Positions 51,862 through 59,214 of a stretch of 64,000 nucleotides of DNA are shown piece after piece. The DNA comes from Yoonia sp. (lineage in GTDB: Bacteria > Pseudomonadota > Alphaproteobacteria > Rhodobacterales > Rhodobacteraceae). The stretch covers positions 7-64,006 of the forward strand of contig NZ_JANQTS010000009.1 in NCBI RefSeq assembly GCF_030731595.1, given 5' to 3'. The notes beneath the pieces were generated by a model, which was not told the DNA's origin, did not search any database, and saw only the letters and a program-made list of their open reading frames with translations. The stretch's first letter is position 1, and every line of letters starts with the position of its first letter. The position numbers were made by a program, and so were the translations under genes.

Positions 51862-52931
51862 GCGATGCCACCGTCAATCAGGCGGCGCGCCAAGGCGCGG
51901 TAGGCATCGGCCATCGGCCCGTCACCTGCCGCAATCGGTGTACCTGCATCCCCCGCAAGTCGCGTAGCCAGATCAATCGGCAATGACCCAAGGAACGGCA
52001 CCCCGATCTTTTCAGCTTCGGCCGCAACGCCGCCATGACCAAATATATGCGATTCGGTCCCGCAAGTCGGGCAGACGAAGGTTGACATGTTCTCGATCAT
52101 CCCAAGCACAGGGGTCCGCAGCGAATTGAACATATCCAGCGCCTTGCGCGCATCAATCAAGGCCACGTCCTGCGGGGTACTGACCACAATCGCGCCCGTC
52201 AGTTCGGTTTTCTGGCACAGGGTCAACTGCACATCACCAGTGCCGGGGGGCAGATCGACGATCAAAACATCAAGTTCGCCCCATTGCACCTGCCCCAACA
52301 TCTGTTGCAACGCCCCCATCAGCATCGGGCCGCGCCAGACAACGGCCTTGCCCTCTTCCATCATCAGACCGATCGACATCATCGTGACACCGTGCGCCTG
52401 CAACGGGATGATGGTTTTGCCATCCGGACTGCCCGGGCGCTTGTTCACACCCATCATGCGGGGCTGCGAGGGGCCATAGATATCTGCGTCCAAAAGACCA
52501 ACGCGGCGACCTTCCCGTGCCAAAGCCACAGCAAGGTTGGATGAAACAGTCGATTTGCCAACGCCGCCTTTGCCCGACCCAATCGCCAGAATACGGTCAA
52601 CGCCAGAGACCTTGGCAGGTCCGGCCTGCGGTGTCGGATGGCGGCCAATCTTGAGCGAGGGTGGCTCTGCAGGCTTGGGTGCTGGGCCGTGGGCTGTCAA
52701 AACAACCGAAACCTTTTCAACTCCGGCCAATCCCTGCACCATTTGTTCCGCGGCGCGGCGGACACCCTCCATTTTGGAAGCTTCCTCTGGATTGGCTGCC
52801 TCGATAACGAAACGGACGGCCGCGCCTTCGATAGAAAGCGCGCGGATCATGTCACGCGACACCAGATCATCCCCACCCGGCAAAGTGAGTCGCGCCAAAG
52901 CGCTTAGAATTTCATCGCGGGTGACGGACAT
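51858..52931 (-). CDS. apbC: Mrp/NBP35 (ApbC) Fe-S cluster carrier ATPase
   Basis: [30 protein letters not shown] and [12 protein letters not shown] motifs. Confidence 0.93.
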   Translation of the reverse strand: MSVTRDEILSALARLTLPGGDDLVSRDMIRALSIEGAAVRFVIEAANPEEASKMEGVRRAAEQMVQGLAGVEKVSVVLTAHGPAPKPAEPPSLKIGRHPTPQAGPAKVSGVDRILAIGSGKGGVGKSTVSSNLAVALAREGRRVGLLDADIYGPSQPRMMGVNKRPGSPDGKTIIPLQAHGVTMMSIGLMMEEGKAVVWRGPMLMGALQQMLGQVQWGELDVLIVDLPPGTGDVQLTLCQKTELTGAIVVSTPQDVALIDARKALDMFNSLRTPVLGMIENMSTFVCPTCGTESHIFGHGGVAAEAEKIGVPFLGSLPIDLATRLAGDAGTPIAAGDGPMADAYRALARRLIDGGIA

Positions 52932-53060
52932 GCTGAGACCTCGAGTTTTCTTTATGGCTAAATTTTCCCCCAACTTCTGGCACGTTTGGGCCAAATCGCA
53001 AGGGTTTCACACCGGATGCCCAAAATTGCGTCAGATTGATGACAGTAGGTCAGAAGTGCT

Positions 53061-53115
53061 TATGCAATTTCTGCATAGCAGCATTGTCTAAACGGCCATT
53101 GTGCAACTGCAGCAT
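53061..53115. promoter_or_regulatory. Two LysR-type T-N11-A boxes upstream of the DUF1127 gene
   Basis: TATGCA-ATTTC-TGCATA (53061-53077) and GTGC-N7-GCAT (53101-53115), the latter overlapping CATAAT. Confidence 0.45.
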
Positions 53116-53182
53116 AATCATACATCTTTGGCACAACGGAGCAACAAACAGCGCTCCTCTTAATTGGAATTGAGACAAGCAG

Positions 53183-53398
53183 ATGACTTATAACACAGCA
53201 ACAGGCTTTGCCGGTTTCTCACTTGGACAGCGGTTTGCCGCGCTCCGGGCTGATATGGCGGAGTACGCCGCGAAACGCAAAGTCTATAACACAACACTGG
53301 CCGAACTGGCCTCACTGACAGACCGTGATCTCGACGATCTGGGCATTGCGCGCGCTTCGATCAGCGCCATCGCCCGTGAAGCCGCTTACGGCAAGTAA
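53183..53398 (+). CDS. DUF1127 (YjiS-like / CcaF1-like) small protein
   Basis: 71 aa; ELASLTDRDLDDLGIAR..I..IA signature; directly upstream of a CCTCCTCCC hairpin array. Confidence 0.92.
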   Translation: MTYNTATGFAGFSLGQRFAALRADMAEYAAKRKVYNTTLAELASLTDRDLDDLGIARASISAIAREAAYGK

Positions 53399-53410
53399 TT
53401 GAAGAATTCG

Positions 53411-53716
53411 GATCTGCCGCCTCCTCCCTTAAGGCAGATCTGGACACAACCCAAGGCTTCACCTCCTCCCGAGGCTTTGGGTCAACATTAAGGTGGCGGC
53501 ATCCACCTCCTCCCGGATGCCGCCGCTTTAAGACACAAGTTTCGGAACCGCCCACCTCCTCCCGGGTGGAACCGATGATACCGCAGGCCGCGCTCACCTC
53601 CTCCCGAGCAACGTCAGCGAGGACGCGCCTTGCTTCTTCTCCTCCCGAGACGCAAGGAGGCGCTGATAAATAAAGACGGTCATGCCCACCTCCTCCCGGG
53701 CATGGCCGTTTTTTTA
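53411..53716 (+). ncRNA. ccsR: CcsR/cuckoo-type sRNA array: seven stem-loops with CCUCCUCCC loops
   Basis: Motif at 53420, 53462, 53506, 53555, 53597, 53638 (TCTCCTCCC variant) and 53689, each enclosed by its own inverted repeat; the last stem ends in a T-run. Confidence 0.9.
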
Positions 53717-53737
53717 TGGGCGATAGCGGGCCTTGGG

Positions 53738-54205
53738 CTAGGCGCGGCGTTCCTGGACCGTCAGGTAGATCACCAAAAGATCAATCGCTGTCAGCACGAT
53801 CAGCATCGCGCCGCCCACAGAGAACCACTCGAATATCTGGTAGACGACAAAAGCGCTCAACACGATGATCGCCGCATGATGCGCCCATCGTGCTCCGCCC
53901 AGCAATGCGGCCACGACCACAAGATGCAAAGTCCCGTGTGCCGCGAAGTAGACAGTATAAAAGCTCGTATCCGACGCAGGCAGCATCTGGGCCCATGTGA
54001 GGATATGCGAGGCTAGAAAATCACTCGGGTCTTCTGTGAGTTCATTTTGCACCAGCCATTGGGCGAACTGCGGCAGGTCTTGCGTGACGCCCAAAGAAAG
54101 CGCTGCCGCAATCATGACTTGCAACAGCCCCAGCAGCCCCTTTGCCGTAAGGGTTACAACAAAGAACTGGTGCTGGTTCAGCAAGATCGGACCGTTGGCG
54201 CTCAT
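53738..54205 (-). CDS. DUF2127 family membrane protein
   Basis: KG..G, LTEDPSDFLA, YF..HG, WA, F..YQ and D..VIYLT..E pattern; GAGAGG RBS. Confidence 0.75.
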   Translation of the reverse strand: MSANGPILLNQHQFFVVTLTAKGLLGLLQVMIAAALSLGVTQDLPQFAQWLVQNELTEDPSDFLASHILTWAQMLPASDTSFYTVYFAAHGTLHLVVVAALLGGARWAHHAAIIVLSAFVVYQIFEWFSVGGAMLIVLTAIDLLVIYLTVQERRA

Positions 54206-54289
54206 CTTGTGCCTCTCCTTGTCATCTCGCTCCATGTGCCATGAATGCGCGGAACTGTAAGCCTCAAAGTGACACCTGATCCGGTGGCC

Positions 54290-54742
54290 CTACGCACGGA
54301 CATCCTTGGACGATCCCATCACCATATAGCTGGTGATCGCGCGCACATGCGGCACAGTCCCCAATTTGTCGGTATGAAACGCCTTGTAGGCCGGCAAATC
54401 CGCCACCTCGACCCGCAGCATATACTCGAAAGCGCCTGCGACATTGTGGCATTCGGCGACCTCATCAGCGCGCTGCATCGCCTGTTCAAACGCCATTTGC
54501 GCCGCTTTGGTATGTTCGGCCAGCCCCACAGCCACATAAACCACAAAGGCCCGCCCCGTCTGCGCGGGATCAAGCCGCGCGCGGTAGCCTTTGATGACGC
54601 CTGCTTTTTCCAGCTCTTGCACACGGCGCAGGCAGGCAGAGGGCGACAAGCCGACGCGATCTGCCAATTCGATATTGCTGATACGCCCATCACGCGACAA
54701 CGCGCGCAATATCTTTTCGTTTATGGGGTCCTGTTTCATCAT
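54290..54742 (-). CDS. Lrp/AsnC family transcriptional regulator
   Basis: N-terminal HTH (DGRISNIELADRVGLSPSACLRRV) and RAM domain. Confidence 0.93.
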   Translation of the reverse strand: MMKQDPINEKILRALSRDGRISNIELADRVGLSPSACLRRVQELEKAGVIKGYRARLDPAQTGRAFVVYVAVGLAEHTKAAQMAFEQAMQRADEVAECHNVAGAFEYMLRVEVADLPAYKAFHTDKLGTVPHVRAITSYMVMGSSKDVRA

Positions 54743-54814
54743 TTATTGCAACTTTAAGCACTAATTTGGCGATGCAGCAATTTTATTGCGCTCTGTTCGG
54801 CATATTATTGCGCC

Positions 54815-55414
54815 ATGACTTATGAAATTCTGATCGCCCTCATCGGCTTTGCCTTTGCAAGCTCTATCACGCCCGGGCCGAATAACCTGATGCTGATGGC
54901 ATCGGGTGCCAACTATGGTTTGCGCCGCACCGTCCCGCATATGCTGGGCATCTCGCTTGGCCATGCCTTCATGGTGCTGATGGTGGGTATCGTTCTGTTA
55001 CAGATCTTCGAGACTTATCCGATCCTCAATGTCGTCCTTAAGGTCGTCAGCGCCAGTTACATGATCTGGTTGGCCTGGAAAATCGCCAACGCGGTCCCAC
55101 CCGAGGCAAAGGAGGTGAAAGGCAATCCTTTCACCTTCCTTCAAGCGGCGGCGTTTCAATGGGTCAATCCCAAAGCATGGTTCATGGCAATCACCGCAAT
55201 CAGCGCCTATGCCCCACAGGATCAAAGCATCTGGATAGGATCACTGATGGTCGCGGGCGTGTTTGCCGCAACCAATTTTCCGTCAGTCACGGTTTGGGCC
55301 TGGATGGGGGTGCAGGTCCGGCGCTGGCTTGGTACCGCGCGGCGGTTGCGGGCTTTCAACGTCTCAATGGCAGTTTTGCTCGTCGTCTCTCTGTATCCGA
55401 TGTTGACGCATTAG
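54815..55414 (+). CDS. LysE/RhtB family amino-acid exporter
   Basis: ITPGPNN and FQWVNPKAW motifs; divergent from the Lrp gene. Confidence 0.92.
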   Translation: MTYEILIALIGFAFASSITPGPNNLMLMASGANYGLRRTVPHMLGISLGHAFMVLMVGIVLLQIFETYPILNVVLKVVSASYMIWLAWKIANAVPPEAKEVKGNPFTFLQAAAFQWVNPKAWFMAITAISAYAPQDQSIWIGSLMVAGVFAATNFPSVTVWAWMGVQVRRWLGTARRLRAFNVSMAVLLVVSLYPMLTH

Positions 55415-55418
55415 GAGC

Positions 55419-55472
55419 GAACAATTTTCGCCGAAAATTGTTCACGACCCTAGATTTTTCGACGAAAAATCT
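55419..55472. repeat. Two tandem perfect palindromes sharing TTTTCG-N-CGAAAA (REP-like)
   Basis: GAACAATTTTCG-C-CGAAAATTGTTC (12-bp arms) and AGATTTTTCG-A-CGAAAAATCT (10-bp arms), between convergent lysE and uvrD. Confidence 0.7.
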
Positions 55473-55480
55473 TTGCGCTC

Positions 55481-57874
55481 TCAAAACGGCACATCATCGG
55501 CCTGATCTGCCGCAACAACAAACCGCGCGACCACATGCTTTGATCCCGCTTTGTCGAATGCGATGACCAGCTTGTCGCCTTCGATCCCTGTCACTGCGCC
55601 ATAACCGAATTTCTGATGGAACACACGGTCGCCTTCGGTAAAGGCGCTGACCGCGTCGAGGTCGATCGTGATGTGGCGCGCTTCAGATGGCATCGCCATG
55701 CCCCGCTGCTGGCTGCGCGACTGCAACCGCCGCCAGCCCGGGGAATTATAGACATCCGCACTCTGGGCCTTTTCATGCAGGTCCGATCCCACCATCCCCG
55801 CCATGGCAGGCGAGGCGCTCGCGGCCATGCCCGCAGCACCATATCCGCCCCCATAAAGGCCCGGTGGGGTCAGGACCTCCACATGATCTGCGGGCAATTC
55901 GTCGATAAAGCGCGACGGCATCTGTGACTGCCATTGGCCATAGACCCGCCTGTTGGCGGCAAAGGAAATCGTGCAAATCTCCTCGGCCCGCGTGATGCCC
56001 ACATAGGCCAAGCGCCGCTCTTCCTCGAGACCTTTCAATCCGCTTTCATCCATCGAACGCTGCGAGGGAAACAGACCATCCTCCCAACCGGGCAGAAAGA
56101 CGGCCGGAAACTCCAGCCCCTTGGCGGCGTGGAGCGTCATGATGCTGACCTTCTCGCCCTGCTCTTCGGTCTCGTTCTCCATGATCAGGCTCACATGTTC
56201 GAGAAAGCCTTGCAGGTTCTCGAAATTCTCGAGCGCCTTGACCAGTTCCTTGAGGTTTTCCAGCCGCCCCGGCGCCTCTGGCGTTTTGTCGTTTTGCCAG
56301 AACCCCGTATAGCCGCTTTCATCAAGGATCATCTCGGCGAGTTCGACATGGGTATCCGCCTCGGCGCGGACCTGCGCCGCCCAGCGATCCAACCCGGCAA
56401 CCAAGATCGCAAGCTCTTTGAGCCCCTTGCCGCCCAGCAATTTCCCCTGACAGACAAGGCGTGCGCCCTCAACCAGCGATACCCCATTGCTGCGCGCTGT
56501 GCGCTGGATGGTCTGGATCGCCTTGTCACCAAGCCCGCGTTTGGGCGTGTTCACGATCCGCTCGAAGGCCAGATCATCCTCGGGGGACACGGCAAGCCGG
56601 AAATAGGCCATGGCATCTCGGATCTCCATCCGCTCGTAAAAGCGCGGGCCGCCGATGACGCGATACGGCAGACCGATGGTCAGGAACCGGTCCTCGAACG
56701 CGCGCATCTGGTGTGAGGCGCGGACGAGAATGGCCATGGAATCCAGCCCCAAAGGATCACGCCCCCGCGTACCGCGCTGCATCGCCTCAACCTCTTCACC
56801 GATCCAGCGGGCCTCTTCCTCGCCGTCCCAATGGCCGATCAGGCGAACCTTTTCGCCATCCTGTTGCGCGGTAAACAAAGTCTTGCCCAAGCGCCCCTTA
56901 TTGGCCGCGATGACGCCTGAGGCCGCAGCGAGAATATGCGGGGTAGAGCGATAGTTCTCCTCCAGCCGCACCACATGCGCGCCCGGGAAATCCTTTTCAA
57001 ACCGCAGGATATTGCCCACCTCGGCCCCGCGCCAGCCATAGATCGACTGGTCGTCATCGCCCACACAGCAAATGTTCTTGTGCCCAGCCGCCAGCAGGCG
57101 CAGCCACATATATTGGGCCACGTTGGTGTCTTGGTATTCGTCCACAAGGATGTAGCGGAACCAGCGCTGGTATTGCTGCAAGATATCGTCGTGGGTCTGA
57201 AAGATCGTGACCATATGCAACAGAATATCGCCAAAATCGACTGCGTTGAGTTCCCGCAAACGGCGCTGATAGGCGGCGTAAAGCTCTATGCCCTTGTGAT
57301 CAAAGGCACCGCTATCCGCAACAGGCACCTTGTCAGGCGTATAGGCCTTGTTCTTCCAGCCGTCGATAATGCCCGAGAGCATCCGCGCGGGCCAACGCTT
57401 ATCGTCAATGCCAGCCGCCGCGATCAATTGCTTCATCAGCCGGATTTGGTCGTCAGTATCGAGAATCGTAAAGTTCGACTTCAGCCCGACCAATTCCGCA
57501 TGGCGGCGCAACTGTTTGGCGCAGACAGAATGGAAGGTCCCCAGCCACGGCATCCCTTCGACCGCTTCACCCATCAGACCGCCGATCCGCGACTTCATCT
57601 CGCGGGCGGCCTTGTTGGTAAAGGTGACCGCCAAAATCTCGTGCGGTCGGGCGCTGCCCGTGGCAAGCAAATGTGCGATCCGGCTGGTGAGGGCCTTCGT
57701 TTTGCCAGTGCCAGCGCCTGCCAGCATCAAGACCGGACCATCAAGCCGCTCGACGGCCTCGCGTTGCGCGGGGTTCAGCCCGTCCAGATGGGTCATCGCA
57801 GGCCGTGCCATCGCCCGCTGGCTCAACGGCAGGGCTGCGGCTTCGAACGCATCATCTTCGGAAAAACTGCTCAT
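55481..57874 (-). CDS. uvrD: UvrD/PcrA family ATP-dependent DNA helicase
   Basis: AGAGTGKT, TFTNKAA, VDEYQDTN, VGDDDQSIY, LEENYRS, TLHAAKGLEF and EERRLAYV motifs; GGAGG RBS before ATG 57874. Confidence 0.95.
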   Translation of the reverse strand: MSSFSEDDAFEAAALPLSQRAMARPAMTHLDGLNPAQREAVERLDGPVLMLAGAGTGKTKALTSRIAHLLATGSARPHEILAVTFTNKAAREMKSRIGGLMGEAVEGMPWLGTFHSVCAKQLRRHAELVGLKSNFTILDTDDQIRLMKQLIAAAGIDDKRWPARMLSGIIDGWKNKAYTPDKVPVADSGAFDHKGIELYAAYQRRLRELNAVDFGDILLHMVTIFQTHDDILQQYQRWFRYILVDEYQDTNVAQYMWLRLLAAGHKNICCVGDDDQSIYGWRGAEVGNILRFEKDFPGAHVVRLEENYRSTPHILAAASGVIAANKGRLGKTLFTAQQDGEKVRLIGHWDGEEEARWIGEEVEAMQRGTRGRDPLGLDSMAILVRASHQMRAFEDRFLTIGLPYRVIGGPRFYERMEIRDAMAYFRLAVSPEDDLAFERIVNTPKRGLGDKAIQTIQRTARSNGVSLVEGARLVCQGKLLGGKGLKELAILVAGLDRWAAQVRAEADTHVELAEMILDESGYTGFWQNDKTPEAPGRLENLKELVKALENFENLQGFLEHVSLIMENETEEQGEKVSIMTLHAAKGLEFPAVFLPGWEDGLFPSQRSMDESGLKGLEEERRLAYVGITRAEEICTISFAANRRVYGQWQSQMPSRFIDELPADHVEVLTPPGLYGGGYGAAGMAASASPAMAGMVGSDLHEKAQSADVYNSPGWRRLQSRSQQRGMAMPSEARHITIDLDAVSAFTEGDRVFHQKFGYGAVTGIEGDKLVIAFDKAGSKHVVARFVVAADQADDVPF

Positions 57875-57914
57875 CCTCCAGACATAGCGCCAACTGCCCG
57901 CCAAGAAAAGCCTT

Positions 57915-57929
57915 GTTCTACTTCCGTTC
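57915..57929. promoter_or_regulatory. Alphaproteobacterial LexA (SOS) box upstream of uvrD
   Basis: GTTC-TACTTCC-GTTC is an exact GTTC-N7-GTTC, 41 bp upstream of the start codon. Confidence 0.7.
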
Positions 57930-58014
57930 TCCCCGCCTTCTTCCGAGCAAAAATATCCCCGCCGGAGGCATCCCGACATTGCCAATCGCGCAAGTTCCGC
58001 CATAGCTTGCAAAC

Positions 58015-59154
58015 ATGAGTCTACATAGCCAGTACCCCGCAATATCCGACCTGAAAACGCGCGCACGCGCCCGCATTCCGCATTTCGTCTGGGAATATCT
58101 GGACAGTGCGACCGGTGTCGAAGCCACCCAGAAACGCAACCGGCAAAAGCTGGATCAGGTCTTGCTCAACCCCTCCATCCTGCATGGGGAGTTCGATCCC
58201 GATCTCTCTACGACATTGCTGGGCCAGACCCATCCGTTGCCTATCGGCATTGCCCCTGTCGGCATGTCCGGCCTGATCTGGCCGGGGGCCGAGCAGATGC
58301 TGGCCCGCACTGCCGCCCGCGAGAATATTCCCTACACCCTGTCCACCGTGGCCAGTCAATTGCCCGAGGATGTGGGCCCGCACGCAGGCGATCACGCATG
58401 GTTCCAGCTGTATCCCCCGCGTGATCCCGGTATTCGCGACGATATCCTGTCGCGCGCCAGGAACGCGGGCTTTCATACGATTGTCTTGACCGTTGATGTG
58501 CCGGTCGCGTCACGCCGTGAGCGGCAAACGCGGGGCGGGTTGACCCAGCCGCCGAAACTGACCCCAAGGCTTGCAATGCAGGCCGCGCAATGTCCGGCCT
58601 GGCTGAATGGCGTGCGCAAGACGGGCATGCCGCGCCTGCGCCTGATGGAAAGCTATTCGGACGTCAAAGGCACCCTGCCCTCGAACCAGCATGTGGGCTA
58701 TCTGCTGCGGACCTCGCCGGATTGGGACTATTTCAAATCGCTGCGCGATGTCTGGGATGGGCCGTTGATCGTCAAAGGCATCGGCAACCCTGATGACGCC
58801 GCCCGCCTGACGGATGAAGGCGCTGATGCGATCTGGGTCAGCAACCACGCTGGGCGTCAGTTTGATGGCGGGCCTGCGACAATCGAAACGCTCCCTTTGG
58901 TGCGCGCCGCCACACCGCTGCCCATCATTTTTGACAGCGGAATCGAAGGTGGTCTGGACGTGCTGCGTGCGCTTGCCCTTGGGGCAGATTTCGTGATGCT
59001 GGGCCGCGCGTTCCACTACGGGCTGGCGGCATTGGGTGAACAGGGGGCGTCCCATGTGCTGGATATTTTGCGACAGGATATGATCAGCAATATGGGGCAG
59101 ATCGGGACCAGAAGCCTCAAGGAATTGCCCGGTCGGTTGCGCGTAAACAGTTAA
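58015..59154 (+). CDS. FMN-dependent alpha-hydroxy-acid oxidase / L-lactate dehydrogenase (LldD-like)
   Basis: IAPVG, LTVD, LIVKG, VSNHAGRQ and DSGIEGGLDV motifs. Confidence 0.9.
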   Translation: MSLHSQYPAISDLKTRARARIPHFVWEYLDSATGVEATQKRNRQKLDQVLLNPSILHGEFDPDLSTTLLGQTHPLPIGIAPVGMSGLIWPGAEQMLARTAARENIPYTLSTVASQLPEDVGPHAGDHAWFQLYPPRDPGIRDDILSRARNAGFHTIVLTVDVPVASRRERQTRGGLTQPPKLTPRLAMQAAQCPAWLNGVRKTGMPRLRLMESYSDVKGTLPSNQHVGYLLRTSPDWDYFKSLRDVWDGPLIVKGIGNPDDAARLTDEGADAIWVSNHAGRQFDGGPATIETLPLVRAATPLPIIFDSGIEGGLDVLRALALGADFVMLGRAFHYGLAALGEQGASHVLDILRQDMISNMGQIGTRSLKELPGRLRVNS

Positions 59155-59214
59155 TCACAGTGGACGCCCCGTGATTTGCCGCTTACCAATGCTGCAACTG
59201 CGAAAGGATCCGCC

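Noticed and set aside
53411-53716. CRISPR array
   Set aside because: The repeated unit is only 9-10 nt, the intervening sequences are self-complementary stems, and there are no cas genes.
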